A stretch of 64,000 bases of DNA from an uncultured virus (IMG/VR IMGVR_UViG_3300032167_006623) (IMGVR_UViG_3300032167_006623); one strand, 5' to 3'. Positions 1 through 10,704 are shown, counted from the first letter of the stretch. Translations and numbers: made by a program. The notes: generated by a model from the sequence alone, not told the origin.

Positions 1-408
1 ATTGCCTGTTATTGCAGCAATCTGCTCATTAAAACCGATACGCTTTTCATTGGCTCTCGTATGGTCAGTATATGTATTCAAAGCCGTAGAGCCGTCAAGA
101 CCGTATTTCTCAAGGTCCTTGTCATCTCCGCCGAACTCAAGGGCATGAGCATAACCCTTGTCATACTCAGCGGCGTCATACGTTTCATATGACGCAGTTT
201 CAAGTGCGTCCGCCTGCTCAGCCAAAGTAGCTCCCGCATCACTGAACGCATTGTATTTGATTCTCTCAAGCTTTTGTGTCGGGTCAATATTGCCATTGCT
301 GTCAGTACAAGCAGCTTCGATTTCAGCAAGCTCCTCAGGAGTCATCTTGCTGTTATACTCATTCATTATCTTGTCCTGATAAGCCTGTGCCATAGGATTA
401 AGTGCCAT
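1..408 (-). CDS. hypothetical protein, partial (runs off left edge)
   Basis: Not in the ORF track. ATG at 408 after a GAAAGGA RBS; frame MALNPMAQAYQDKIMNEY... stays open to position 1. Confidence 0.7.
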   Translation of the reverse strand, partial: MALNPMAQAYQDKIMNEYNSKMTPEELAEIEAACTDSNGNIDPTQKLERIKYNAFSDAGATLAEQADALETASYETYDAAEYDKGYAHALEFGGDDKDLEKYGLDGSTALNTYTDHTRANEKRIGFNEQIAAITGN

Positions 409-425
409 TTTACATCATTCCTTTC

Positions 426-704
426 TTATTTTTCAAATGATTTATCGTTATCTTTTTCGGGTTTGATATCATCAGCCAAACCCTGAGCCGAAAGAAATCT
501 ATTTGAGTTTATTTTTGTATGAGCATTGCTTTCGATTCTTTCGATTTCAGCTTTCATCTCGTAGTCTTCAGGTCTCATGAGCTTCGGCTTCGGATTATTA
601 GCTTCATTCATCATCTCGTAGTCTTCGGGTCGCATAAATCTTGGCTTCGGATTATTGACCTCATTCATCATTTCATAATCCTCAGGTCTCATGAACTTCG
701 GCAT
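426..704 (-). CDS. small protein with three 19-aa tandem repeats
   Basis: KFMRPEDYEMMNEVNNPKP-like unit x3; RBS AAAGGGG; co-oriented with neighbours. Confidence 0.7.
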   Translation of the reverse strand: MPKFMRPEDYEMMNEVNNPKPRFMRPEDYEMMNEANNPKPKLMRPEDYEMKAEIERIESNAHTKINSNRFLSAQGLADDIKPEKDNDKSFEK

Positions 705-721
705 GATTTATCGCCCCTTTC

Positions 722-1126
722 TCAGACTCCCATACGTCTTGCCATTTTGCGTGACATATATACATCGTCTTCAGCCTGAGCCTCAGGCTCTTTGATATTT
801 GATGTCAGGTCGACATCATATCTTGAACGCTTGCCTGTAGCCGCTTCCTCAACATCTCCTGCAAGCTTGACTTCGACTTCAGTGACATCTCTGTCAACCT
901 TTCCTGCAATCTCAGTAATATCTCTCTCAGTTGACTGAGCTTTCATAGCTGCCGCTTCCTCAATATCAGCTGCAAGCATACCTGTGGTCTGCTCTACGCT
1001 GTCTCCGAGAGTATGGATTTTCTCCTGAGAATCGAGAACATCCGCTTCTTCCTTTGCCATTTCCTCTTCAAGCTGTCGCTGACGCTCCCTGTCGCTTATT
1101 TGCTTGGTCATTTCCTGTTCAGTCAT
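722..1126 (-). CDS. hypothetical acidic protein
   Basis: 134-aa ORF with GAAAGGCAGGT RBS, operon-like spacing. Confidence 0.7.
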   Translation of the reverse strand: MTEQEMTKQISDRERQRQLEEEMAKEEADVLDSQEKIHTLGDSVEQTTGMLAADIEEAAAMKAQSTERDITEIAGKVDRDVTEVEVKLAGDVEEAATGKRSRYDVDLTSNIKEPEAQAEDDVYMSRKMARRMGV

Positions 1127-1228
1127 GATTAATTACCTGCCTTTCATATATTTTTAACGTGACAAGATGCATATCTTGTCTGAGTTTATCATCACGAGCA
1201 ATGCGCTCGGATTATTTATTTTACGTAC

Positions 1229-1852
1229 TTATGTCAGGAAATCAAAAACATCGTCTACCGTTGTTCCTGAATAATCATCTTCACCTGCTACAATGTCTTT
1301 AAAGCGTTCAACAAGATTTGGTTTCTCATCTTTCTCTGCCTTTTCAGCAGCTATTCTCTGAGCTTCATAATTGTCCTCAAGAGCTTGTTTTGATATCGCA
1401 AGACGAGCTTCCGAGTTTTCAAGAGACTGCTCGCGCTTACGAGCTGTTTCATAGCTTTGCGTCATTGCCGCTTTTTCCTGTTCTTTGTGCTTATCATAAT
1501 TTTTATAATATTCTACTATTTGAGCATCGCTGCCGAGAGCATCTATCTTCAGATTACTCAATCCCTGATTAACACTTTGAGCTATTGGCAGTGGTACGCC
1601 GGCATTATATGCAATACTTCCCGCAACCTCATCAGCACTTGCTGTGCCTAAGACAGTTCGTTCCATAAGCTCGCGTTCTAAATCCGTGTGCTCTTTTTTC
1701 GACTGTGCATAAGACATTTTTTCTCTTTCAAGAACCAAATGAGTATCCTTACCGCTTTCTACTGCTCTTTCTTTAATTTTTTCATCAGGATATTCGTGTT
1801 TATCCAGCCAAGCTTTTGCTTTTTTATCGTATCTCCTGTCTAAAATTCCCAT
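1229..1852 (-). CDS. hypothetical protein
   Basis: 207-aa ORF with GGAAAGGA RBS. Confidence 0.75.
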   Translation of the reverse strand: MGILDRRYDKKAKAWLDKHEYPDEKIKERAVESGKDTHLVLEREKMSYAQSKKEHTDLERELMERTVLGTASADEVAGSIAYNAGVPLPIAQSVNQGLSNLKIDALGSDAQIVEYYKNYDKHKEQEKAAMTQSYETARKREQSLENSEARLAISKQALEDNYEAQRIAAEKAEKDEKPNLVERFKDIVAGEDDYSGTTVDDVFDFLT

Positions 1853-1910
1853 ATAGTATCATTCCTTTCCTAATCTATTATAGTTTTTGCATATATTGTG
1901 GTATTTTTAC

Positions 1911-1940
1911 TTGACAAACGGTGACATAGTGTGTTATAAT
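1911..1940 (+). promoter_or_regulatory. sigma-A promoter
   Basis: TTGACA-N18-TATAAT with extended TG. Confidence 0.6.
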
Positions 1941-1983
1941 CTTTTAAATTATAGTTTATTGTTTCCAGCGAGTTCCTCGCTGT

Positions 1984-2018
1984 GTATGTTGTGGACAACA
2001 TACGGGTTGGTGTTAAAA
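1984..2018 (+). repeat. hairpin+CGGG(G)TTG motif copy (divergent)
   Basis: GTATGTTGT-GG-ACAACATAC then GGGTTGGTGTTAAAA, upstream of the gene at 2084. Confidence 0.45.
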
Positions 2019-2083
2019 AATATAGTAAAAATACTAAATTTTATTATATATTTACATTAAATTGAAACAATTTAAAGGAGACA

Positions 2084-2374
2084 ATGATTATGAAAACATT
2101 CACTTACACAGATAAAGACGGCAGATTACAGCACGGTGAAATCTATGAAATAGATGCAAGTCATGCTCGATATGAAGATATCAACAAGCCCGGAGTCGTT
2201 CTTGCTCATCACTTTGAACTCGATATGATTCTCGCTTTCATCCTCTGGCTTGTAATCACAATCACATTCGGTGCTGAAATCAATCTCATCGCTTGGATGA
2301 TTGGTGGTTTCGTATACCACATCGTTAAGAACATCATCAAGCTTAAGAAGCACGGTACATCCAAGATGCACTAA
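2084..2374 (+). CDS. small membrane protein
   Basis: AAGGAG RBS; two hydrophobic segments. Confidence 0.7.
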   Translation: MIMKTFTYTDKDGRLQHGEIYEIDASHARYEDINKPGVVLAHHFELDMILAFILWLVITITFGAEINLIAWMIGGFVYHIVKNIIKLKKHGTSKMH

Positions 2375-2462
2375 GACTCTCACATTCGGTTAATTAAAAA
2401 ATTTTTACAAAATGTGTCAGCATTATGATGCTGTTGATTGATAAATCGCTATCGCTATCTGA

Positions 2463-2506
2463 AACAACACTTGACAGGATAACTGTCGGGTGTTGTTTTT
2501 TTTTTT
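2463..2506 (+). terminator. Rho-independent terminator
   Basis: AACAACACTTGACAG/CTGTCGGGTGTTGTT stem followed by a long T run, between convergent genes. Confidence 0.7.
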
Positions 2507-2516
2507 GAATAGCATA

Positions 2517-3011
2517 TCATTCTGTTGATTCTTCAGCTTCATTTTTACATAAATCAGCCCACGCATTCATCAATTCTTTTTTAGATTCAGCTACAAATTC
2601 TTCGTAAAGATTTGCTCTTTCTCTGAATATCTCAGCTCTTTCTTTGTATATTTCAGCTCTTTCTCTGAATATTTCGACTCTTTCTTTATATATCTCTATC
2701 AATTCATCATCCTTTTGACTTCTGTCAGCTGTTATACTTAACAAAAGCAAAAGATATAACAAAAGACTTGTTATCTGACTTGATAAAATAATTACGCTTT
2801 GCTCATCAGTCTTATCATATTTTTCATTATGCTCCGCATTTTTGAATATGCTGATAATTTCTTTATTGAATTTTTCTCTGTATTCTTCCTTGATGCATTT
2901 ATCAATGGCATAAGAAATGCTTTCTATATACTCTTCTTTGTCTTTATCTGAAAGACGCATTATCCAAAATAAATCGTCTTTATGTTTATGCTCGATATAC
3001 ATCATTATCAT
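2517..3011 (-). CDS. hypothetical protein with heptad repeats
   Basis: 164 aa; EIYKERV/EIFRERA repeats (21-nt unit). Confidence 0.6.
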   Translation of the reverse strand: MIMMYIEHKHKDDLFWIMRLSDKDKEEYIESISYAIDKCIKEEYREKFNKEIISIFKNAEHNEKYDKTDEQSVIILSSQITSLLLYLLLLLSITADRSQKDDELIEIYKERVEIFRERAEIYKERAEIFRERANLYEEFVAESKKELMNAWADLCKNEAEESTE

Positions 3012-3153
3012 CCTTTGTTTGCAACATTTTATCCAATTAACAACTCTTTAAATCCGGTTATCAACTCTTCACATGTGTCTATCAATTTGTCACGTTCCTT
3101 GCTGTTTTCAGCAGTTACATGCAATAATTCCAAAAAGCGTATCTTTCGAAAGT

Positions 3154-4014
3154 TTAATTATATTGCACATCATCAGTCTTTTCAGCGTCAGCTGTTACAC
3201 CGCCTATACCGACAGCACTAAGAAATCTGCGTCCTGCGTTTTGACGTTTTGCAGTATCCTGTTTCTCTTTTATAATATCGTTGACTTTTGTCATATTATC
3301 GCAATGCTCTTTGAGTTGAGCTGTTGAGATTCCTTCAGGATGCGTGTGTGACTCACATACGCTATGCAGCTTAACACTGCCTTTATTCCAACTATGAGGA
3401 CTATCGTCGATGTAAACTCTGGCTGTGCAAACACGACTGTCAAGAAACTTTACATCTTCACCAACCATTTCTGACGCATTTGTTTTAACAAAATTTTCAG
3501 CAGATTGCTTCAGTTCGGGAAATGAATCATCAACATTGCACATACCGTCCTGTTTGCCACATAGGGAACTGAACATTGAGCCTTCAGCCTTTGCTGAAAT
3601 CTCACTGTCACGCCAATATTTTCTTGGCATAGATACGATATTGCAAAACTGACCATTCGTCAAAGGCATATTCGGTGCGTCAAGCTTTTCCTTGACGTTA
3701 TGATTATATGCACCTTCGGGGTCGGGGTCACAATACATATAGTGTCCGCTGTAATGAGTGCCATCTTCGTAATATTTTACCTCATTATGTGAACCGTTTT
3801 TTAATTTCACATTATTGATTTCTTCAGCGTCCCTTGCCGTTTGCTTTTCTGATTTATCCACTGTATCAGGGGCTAAAAAATAAGCTGAATAAATAATATC
3901 CTCATCAGGATTATCAGGAGAAAGCTTCACAAAATTGACCTCATGAACAATTACGTCGATTCCTTCATCCTCTTTTGCTTTGGTTTGAAACATAATCCAC
4001 ACATCTCCTTCCAT
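3154..4014 (-). CDS. hypothetical protein
   Basis: 286-aa ORF; C-tail RRFLSAVG...DDVQYN. Confidence 0.75.
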   Translation of the reverse strand: MEGDVWIMFQTKAKEDEGIDVIVHEVNFVKLSPDNPDEDIIYSAYFLAPDTVDKSEKQTARDAEEINNVKLKNGSHNEVKYYEDGTHYSGHYMYCDPDPEGAYNHNVKEKLDAPNMPLTNGQFCNIVSMPRKYWRDSEISAKAEGSMFSSLCGKQDGMCNVDDSFPELKQSAENFVKTNASEMVGEDVKFLDSRVCTARVYIDDSPHSWNKGSVKLHSVCESHTHPEGISTAQLKEHCDNMTKVNDIIKEKQDTAKRQNAGRRFLSAVGIGGVTADAEKTDDVQYN

Positions 4015-4029
4015 ATTTATACCATCTTT

Positions 4030-4242
4030 TTACCAAGCGTTATCCCACTCCAGATACTCATAAGCAAGCCAGAATTTGAAGCAAGGTTTGTCTTTACAAT
4101 CATCGTAATTATGGTCCTTACCGTAATAACATTCACAAATATTGCACATTTCCCTTAATTCCTTAGTGGAATCCTCATTATCAAGATAATTCTTGATGTG
4201 ATTGTAGCTCTCTTCGAGCTGACTTTTTGTTTTAGGTTTCAT
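4030..4242 (-). CDS. small Cys-rich hypothetical protein
   Basis: GAGGAG RBS; CxxC...C...C pattern. Confidence 0.6.
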   Translation of the reverse strand: MKPKTKSQLEESYNHIKNYLDNEDSTKELREMCNICECYYGKDHNYDDCKDKPCFKFWLAYEYLEWDNAW

Positions 4243-4251
4243 AATATCTCC

Positions 4252-5091
4252 TCAAAAATGATACAATTCATCTGTTTTTGTCTCCGGAGTATCAACAGTC
4301 TGAGCACTTCCTGCAAATCGTGCATTCAGATTACTCTTTGTTGACGCCGCCACAGCACGTTTATAAGCGTTTGCTTCATCGAAATATTCTTGCAGTTCAA
4401 TTTGAATCTCATTTGTCCATTTTTGATTAAATGTTCCCATTTCCCGATGATTCTTCAGCGAAGCCTCATTGAAAGGCATTGTTGCCGATTTAACTGTTTT
4501 CGGGTCAACCATTAAACCAATATCCCTTTCATCAGAACATTTAGGTTTTACCAAATCACCCGAAACAGCCATATGTGTTGTCTTGCCGTCCTGAACGACA
4601 TTATCACCTGCGGCTTTGGCAATAGCATCATACTGGGATTTTGATATAATAATGCTGTTGCGTGTTTTGTCTTTGCTCTCATAATTGATTAAATTTGGGT
4701 CAATATGCGGGTCATCAATGCCAAATATGCCATCCTGTCTGAGCTCCATCGTTACCTCATAACCTTTTTTATCCTTACCGACATTTTCAGCAATTTTGCT
4801 TACAATAACATCTCGGTCGCTCGTCTGTTTGATTGAAAAATCATTGGGTTTTATTATTTTGTCTTCTATTTTATTTCGATGTATCTGATTGAGCGCATCA
4901 ATAGCTGTCAAATCATATTCATCCATACTTTCAGGCGTATACCCGTGTTTATTGAGAATATCAACAGTCTTTTTGTCCTTCGTATCAATTCCCGCATATA
5001 ACGCATCAACCTCTGTATTAAATGCGTTAATTTTTTCAATCATTGTATCTGCTGATACTCCTGAATTATTGGTTGACATAGTAAAAAACAC
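4252..5091 (-). CDS. hypothetical protein, element-specific LRQDG domain family (probable start at 5079)
   Basis: Contains ELRQDG..G..DP...NL.....SKSQY.AI..AAGDN, shared with 5654-8035 and 58303-58923. Confidence 0.8.
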   Translation of the reverse strand: MFFTMSTNNSGVSADTMIEKINAFNTEVDALYAGIDTKDKKTVDILNKHGYTPESMDEYDLTAIDALNQIHRNKIEDKIIKPNDFSIKQTSDRDVIVSKIAENVGKDKKGYEVTMELRQDGIFGIDDPHIDPNLINYESKDKTRNSIIISKSQYDAIAKAAGDNVVQDGKTTHMAVSGDLVKPKCSDERDIGLMVDPKTVKSATMPFNEASLKNHREMGTFNQKWTNEIQIELQEYFDEANAYKRAVAASTKSNLNARFAGSAQTVDTPETKTDELYHF

Positions 5092-5166
5092 TCCTTTTTA
5101 TAGTTTGATTGCCACCCATAGCAGCCCTTACGGGCTGTATGGATAGTATTTTTTTTTGTAACCTGA

Positions 5167-5538
5167 TTACTCAGCGTCGTCCTCATCATCAAACTCGTCA
5201 TCATCAGACAGCTGTTTGGCAATATCAGCAATGAGTTCACGCTTGAACATGGCGCCGTATTTGTCTTCCGACTTCGCAACATCATCAAAAAGCATATCGG
5301 TACCGACAAATACAGTATAGTATTCCGATACATCAATTCTGCCGCTGTCATACAGCTTATCGATAATAGCCTTGGCATCATCATGACTTGTGCGTATTGC
5401 AATGTGACTCATCTTGTCACAAGCAGGTGTGAAAAACACCAGAGAATCACCATTGCCGCAATTCCATTGACGCACATTGATGATTTCTGTCACAGCCCAT
5501 TTTGAATAACTGCCGGGGATACCGTACTTTACTACCAT
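5167..5538 (-). CDS. hypothetical protein (MVVKY paralog)
   Basis: AAGGAG RBS; N-terminus and LY.G.LDI motif resemble the ORF at 7983-8306. Confidence 0.7.
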   Translation of the reverse strand: MVVKYGIPGSYSKWAVTEIINVRQWNCGNGDSLVFFTPACDKMSHIAIRTSHDDAKAIIDKLYDSGRIDVSEYYTVFVGTDMLFDDVAKSEDKYGAMFKRELIADIAKQLSDDDEFDDEDDAE

Positions 5539-5653
5539 AATAAAAACTCCTTTTTGTTAAAAAATATTTTGTATATATCAAGATATTCTTCAGCGTTACT
5601 ACGCATTGAATATCTGAATATCTTAATTATCAACCCTTACAGGCTGTTAATTA

Positions 5654-8035
5654 TTAAAACGGATAATCAGGCGTTGAGCTTTCGGGCTGTGAAACTTCAC
5701 TACCCACCTGAGCAGCTGACGCAAATCTTGCATTCAGAGTGCTTTTTATCTTATCAGCGTCTTTCGTAAGACTCTGTATCTTTTCAACGTCTTTTCGATT
5801 ACGTGAAATAGTATCACGATGGTCTGTCAGTGTCTTTTCATTGAATTCCACACTCGGCGGCTGAACGGTCTTGGTATCAAGCGTCAAATACTTATAACCT
5901 GTCTCATCGGTGCGCTCTTTCAAATCGCATTTGACAGCCATATGCATCGCGCGATTACCTTTAGGCTGAAATGCATTATCCCCTGCCGCATTTTCAACAG
6001 CTTCATACTGTGATTTAGTCAGGTAAACGGTATTACCTCTTCGACCATTGTAATCATGCATACTCACACAAGGATACATATGTGGGTCATTTGCGCCAAA
6101 CTCGCCGTCTTGTCTGAGCGTTACGCTTACGAGATAACCGTCTTTGTCCTTACCGCAGCCTTCGGCAGCTTTGATAATGATAACATCTCTGCCTTTCAGG
6201 TCTTTGACGTCAAATCCATCGTCACTCTTTACCTTTTCTTCAAGATTTGCCTGACGCTTAGCCTCTCTTGCTTCTGTTGGAGTCGGCTCATCCCAACAGT
6301 CAGACACACCAAACTCTGTCTTTGTGGATTTATCAGCTGTCTTATCAGCTTCCTTGACTTCAACAGATTTTTCTTCAGGTGCATCGTACTTAGACAACAT
6401 TTTCTCAATTTTTGTTTCAAAATTAGCGTCATTTGCTAAGAACATCTCTGAATCTCTGTATGCAAATGATTTTTTGCATACATCTTTTGATAATTCATCG
6501 GGATGCAATGTTGACTTTTCAATAGTATCTACATATATCCTGCCATGTTCGTCAACCTCTGCACTAAATGCATACATTGTGAATTTACCGTGCATCACAC
6601 TGTAATCCTTAGCATCACCTTCTGTAATTTTATCATCAAAAGCTGAATATTCTTCAGGATTAGTATGAGCACACGATTCCAAGCGAGTTCTCAGAACCTC
6701 AATGTCGCGATTATCATCAAATCGAGGAGCTTTGCCGGCTTTTACATTAGCCGCCAATGTCTGCGGAATACTCAGGTCTTCCCTGAATTCTTTACAGTCT
6801 TTGCGTATATCATCAAATGATAAATTCGTGGCATCAACTGCGTACACCATATGCTCTGACATTTCTGATGACTTTATATATAATTCAGGCAGCGGCATTA
6901 CTTTTGCACCGGGTTTTGCATACGTTTGTCCTGCTATCGTAAATGAAGGAATACATACTGCTGTTCCTACAAAATTCATACGCTTACCATCATTAACTTC
7001 CTGCTTTAGCCGTTCAAACTGAGCATCTTCAATAACAACACTTGCTGTTTCTTTTGATTTTTCAGCAGTTACTGTATCACTCTGTTTTTCAGCCTGAGCA
7101 TTCTTACCGTCGAGAATCTGACGTCCTGCTTCGGTGACAGTATGACTATCCCAACGCTTTGATTCTTCCTCATATTCCTTCAATTTCTCCACAGCTTCAT
7201 CCTGTGTATACTCATAGTAACTATCCTCGCAATAATATCCCTCAGAGCCTTCATAGAAATAACGGTCTCCAAGCTGGTAAAGATGTGATGAATTAGACCA
7301 ACACTGGTCGCCGTCATCATGCTCATAATAATATTTACCCAATAATGTTCCTTTATTGAATAAATTAAGAGCCTTGTATTCCTCAAAAGTCATTTCACGT
7401 TTGCTCTGAAGCGGTTGTTTCTTTTCAGTTTCAACAGTTTCCTTCTCGCTAACAGCTTCGCTTTGCTTTTCGGCATATGGATTAGGAGTCAGTTCATAAG
7501 AAGCCAACATAGATTTCAAATGGTCATACATCGCAATATTTTCAGGCTTAGCTGCTGTCTTCCAATTGATATCATGAACTGTTTTGGACTTCGTATCAAA
7601 CACATAATCAGACGGTCTGACCGTATCAAAATCAAGGGCTAACTTCTTTTTCGTCACAGGTTTGCCGTCATCATTCAATATGGGCTGTCCCGACGCGTTT
7701 TTCATAGCAGCTTCCTCGATTTTCAAATCGCATTTTACAGCAAAGCAAGCTGATTTTTGCGTCTTATAACCATTGCCCTCTGAAGCCTTTTCGATAGCTT
7801 TATACTCAGCTTCGGACAAATATACTGTATTTGTATATTGCTTATTGCCGCTTTTGTCTGTATAACTCTTGGTATACAAATTAGGATTTTTCTGCGGGTC
7901 CTTCTTACCAAGCTCGCCATCCTGACGCAGCTGTATTATACATGCGTATTTGTCTTTATTCTCACCACAGCCCTCGGCTGTTTTAATCACAAGAAGCTCC
8001 CTGTCTTTCAAATCCTCTCTGCTTTTGACTTTCAT
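5654..8035 (-). CDS. 793-aa protein with repeated LRQDG domain
   Basis: Two clear copies of the domain (N- and C-terminal) plus a degenerate central copy. Confidence 0.85.
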   Translation of the reverse strand: MKVKSREDLKDRELLVIKTAEGCGENKDKYACIIQLRQDGELGKKDPQKNPNLYTKSYTDKSGNKQYTNTVYLSEAEYKAIEKASEGNGYKTQKSACFAVKCDLKIEEAAMKNASGQPILNDDGKPVTKKKLALDFDTVRPSDYVFDTKSKTVHDINWKTAAKPENIAMYDHLKSMLASYELTPNPYAEKQSEAVSEKETVETEKKQPLQSKREMTFEEYKALNLFNKGTLLGKYYYEHDDGDQCWSNSSHLYQLGDRYFYEGSEGYYCEDSYYEYTQDEAVEKLKEYEEESKRWDSHTVTEAGRQILDGKNAQAEKQSDTVTAEKSKETASVVIEDAQFERLKQEVNDGKRMNFVGTAVCIPSFTIAGQTYAKPGAKVMPLPELYIKSSEMSEHMVYAVDATNLSFDDIRKDCKEFREDLSIPQTLAANVKAGKAPRFDDNRDIEVLRTRLESCAHTNPEEYSAFDDKITEGDAKDYSVMHGKFTMYAFSAEVDEHGRIYVDTIEKSTLHPDELSKDVCKKSFAYRDSEMFLANDANFETKIEKMLSKYDAPEEKSVEVKEADKTADKSTKTEFGVSDCWDEPTPTEAREAKRQANLEEKVKSDDGFDVKDLKGRDVIIIKAAEGCGKDKDGYLVSVTLRQDGEFGANDPHMYPCVSMHDYNGRRGNTVYLTKSQYEAVENAAGDNAFQPKGNRAMHMAVKCDLKERTDETGYKYLTLDTKTVQPPSVEFNEKTLTDHRDTISRNRKDVEKIQSLTKDADKIKSTLNARFASAAQVGSEVSQPESSTPDYPF

Positions 8036-8306
8036 GATAAATCACGCTCCTTTTACTCACACGTTTACCTCGCTTTTTCTTCTCAAATACAACTTCATAA
8101 TTTGTAATATCCAGCTCGCCTTTATATAACATATTAAGAAGCGCACCTGCAACAATATCTCCGTCTTCAAATATGCTGAAACTCGTAAAATCCTTTTTGC
8201 ACAGTGGATAAAAGCGTAACAGATTACCGCCCTTACAAGGCTTGCGAATTGCATGTTCTACAACAATCACACCGGTCACGCCATTACTGGAATACTTTAC
8301 AACCAT
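7983..8306 (-). CDS. hypothetical protein (MVVKY paralog)
   Basis: AGAGG RBS; similar to 5167-5538. Confidence 0.55.
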   Translation of the reverse strand: MVVKYSSNGVTGVIVVEHAIRKPCKGGNLLRFYPLCKKDFTSFSIFEDGDIVAGALLNMLYKGELDITNYEVVFEKKKRGKRVSKRSVIYHESQKQRGFERQGASCD

Positions 8307-8344
8307 AATAAATAACCTCTTTGTTTTACACTAAAATACTTCGA

Positions 8345-8749
8345 TTAAAAATCAACCATAACTGTCTTGCCGCATTTCAGACACATAGGTCTTAAAGTAT
8401 TTTTATCTTCTGAAAGCTTATTTAACTCAACACTCTTGAGCAATCTCTCAGCTTCATCATGGATAACTCTGAGTGAAGTCGTTATGTTATTACAGCCTGT
8501 TCCCTCAAGCTTTCTGATGCTCTCAATAGCTTCAAGCCAGAGTGAAACATGACCAAACTCACCCTCTGAGTTGATAAATCGCCTATCCTGCGAGATATGT
8601 ATCATTGCATGAGGCTTATTGTCATCATCCTCACATTGCTCGATAACGATTTGATAAATCGTTCCTGTGTAAGTATTTCCGTCAATAGCCTTGACTCTCA
8701 CAAGCTGCCCTCTTTCAACTGTCATATTGATTACTCCTTTTCCTGACAA
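8345..8749 (-). CDS. hypothetical protein (probable start at 8725)
   Basis: ORF in minus-strand operon; AAGGAG precedes the internal ATG. Confidence 0.6.
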   Translation of the reverse strand: MSGKGVINMTVERGQLVRVKAIDGNTYTGTIYQIVIEQCEDDDNKPHAMIHISQDRRFINSEGEFGHVSLWLEAIESIRKLEGTGCNNITTSLRVIHDEAERLLKSVELNKLSEDKNTLRPMCLKCGKTVMVDF

Positions 8750-9099
8750 ATGTTTATTTTCTGACTGATTTCGAATATATCCTGTTCCGATTCTGCAAAC
8801 AGCATATAGATATAAAGCAAATACTGCAGCTCTTCAAATGTTATTTCTACAGTAAAGTCCGTATCGGGCTTATCGAAATCGCAATTTATCTTGGCATTCA
8901 ATATATTGACAATGTCCATATATTTCATTTCTGCTTCTTTGCTCGGATTATCAACGAGTATTTGACCACGAAGCCTGTCATATCTTTCGCAGATAGCTCT
9001 GAGATGATTAAAAAACCAGTTTAAATCATTATTATCTGTGAAACTCAGATAATCAATAACGATATTTGTCTCATTGTCGATTTTTCGTGACAGAAACAT
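8731..9099 (-). CDS. hypothetical protein
   Basis: 122 aa with RBS; weak similarity to 9121-9453. Confidence 0.65.
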   Translation of the reverse strand: MFLSRKIDNETNIVIDYLSFTDNNDLNWFFNHLRAICERYDRLRGQILVDNPSKEAEMKYMDIVNILNAKINCDFDKPDTDFTVEITFEELQYLLYIYMLFAESEQDIFEISQKINICQEKE

Positions 9100-9120
9100 A
9101 ACGTCTGCCCCTTTCTTGTT

Positions 9121-9453
9121 TCATATGTCAATCAAACCATATAACGACTCATACAAAATCATATCCGCTTTTGTAAATGTAGAAAAAATAGAAAACAACG
9201 AACACAATTCCTGTGATTCGAGCTTAATTATCAACTCACCATTGGGACCCGTAAGACCGCCATCACATCTACTTATGATTTTGTCAGCTAAATTGCCATA
9301 ACGACAAGCATCGCTGTCCCCTCTTGCTGACTCAAGCAAAGTATCTATTTTTCTACAGGTTACAAGAAAATCATTCACATCGTTTTTATCGAAAAAACCG
9401 ATATAATATGCAAATTCTTTGGTTTCTTTATCGGGTATATGCAACAGCTGCAT
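9121..9453 (-). CDS. hypothetical protein
   Basis: 110 aa, GAAAGGA RBS, first gene after the promoter at 9596-9624. Confidence 0.65.
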   Translation of the reverse strand: MQLLHIPDKETKEFAYYIGFFDKNDVNDFLVTCRKIDTLLESARGDSDACRYGNLADKIISRCDGGLTGPNGELIIKLESQELCSLFSIFSTFTKADMILYESLYGLIDI

Positions 9454-9595
9454 AGCCTCAAGTCCTTTCAGATATAATAAAAAATCGACACAGCTGCTTC
9501 TTTCAAAACATCTATGCCGATAATCTCAATATCAATTTTATCCGCATGTCGTATCTGATAGTCGCAATAATTGTTTGACCTAATGTCCTGATATT

Positions 9596-9624
9596 ATTAT
9601 ACCATATATCTTCAAAAATGTCAA
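9596..9624 (-). promoter_or_regulatory. sigma-A promoter
   Basis: TTGACA-N17-TATAAT with extended TG on the minus strand. Confidence 0.75.
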
Positions 9625-9814
9625 TATTGTGAACGCATTTATTGAACAAAATTTGTTGCAAAATCCTCTCATTTTTGAGAATAAAAAGCCTTTGTATCAT
9701 TTGTTTGTCATATCCGTATCAATCCCTGTATTGCAAAATACCTCATATACTTGATATTTTTGCATAAACGTGATATAATATAAATAATCTGATAAAGAAA
9801 GTATGTGACATAAT

Positions 9815-10609
9815 ATGAAAACATTCAAAACAATACTCCTGACCTCTTTGTTGATTATAATCGCAATACTGATTAATTATTTTGTTTTCAAACCACAGGA
9901 TGCATTGAGCAGTAAAATGATGTTTGAACCGCTTGTCGGCGGTGTGACCAGACAATATAAAATCATAAACGAATGCCCTGTTTATGACAATCCTAATGGA
10001 AAACGCATAGGTAAATTCGAAATTAACAGTACAATAACCATTATAGGAGAACATACTGACAAGAATGATATCCAATGGGGCTGTTTCTCAGTTACCAATG
10101 ATGAATATGAACAGCTTTGGATAAAAATGACTGATTGTGACGTAATTTATGACAATACAAGCTTTATGGAAGAACACAAAGCTGATATTGTCGACGCCAA
10201 CAATGAGCTTGTTGATTACACCACTGATAAGCCTATCTATCTATGGTCTTATCCTCATAGTGAAAATGCACGCATTATGAAACAGTATCCGCCTGAGTGG
10301 ACAACTTATATAAGCAAGATATATACTGATGAAAACAATCAAAAATGGGGCTATATAGGTTATATCTGGAATAATCGGGGCTGGATATACATATCTGACC
10401 CCACAGCCAATATTACAGGCTTTGAAACAAATACTTCAGCCGTTCCTTATCAAAACACAGAACCTATTTATGAAAGAACTGATATGAACAGCGTCATCTT
10501 CACCATCATTGGAATTGCAATAATCGGAAGCATATTTGTAACAATAGCTATATACAAAACAATTAAAACACATTCAAAATCTACATCTCAGCAATTTACC
10601 AAATCATAA
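9815..10609 (+). CDS. membrane-anchored surface protein with SH3-like repeats
   Basis: N-terminal signal/TM, C-terminal TM, two D....WG...GW/LWI segments typical of bacterial SH3. Confidence 0.6.
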   Translation: MKTFKTILLTSLLIIIAILINYFVFKPQDALSSKMMFEPLVGGVTRQYKIINECPVYDNPNGKRIGKFEINSTITIIGEHTDKNDIQWGCFSVTNDEYEQLWIKMTDCDVIYDNTSFMEEHKADIVDANNELVDYTTDKPIYLWSYPHSENARIMKQYPPEWTTYISKIYTDENNQKWGYIGYIWNNRGWIYISDPTANITGFETNTSAVPYQNTEPIYERTDMNSVIFTIIGIAIIGSIFVTIAIYKTIKTHSKSTSQQFTKS

Positions 10610-10704
10610 TTTACCAAATTACGATTCACTATTTCCGTTAAACTCTGATATCTATAATATATTTCTTAAATTAATGCCCTGATGCTCTGTACATTGGGGC
10701 TTTT

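Noticed and set aside
548..704. Possible CRISPR-like repeat array
   Set aside because: Contiguous in-frame 57-nt coding repeats with no unique spacers and no cas genes.
5114..5145. CAGCCC-TTAC-GGGCTG hairpin as another copy of the recurring motif
   Set aside because: Lacks the CGGGGTTG tail and lies between minus-strand genes; more likely an mRNA stem-loop.
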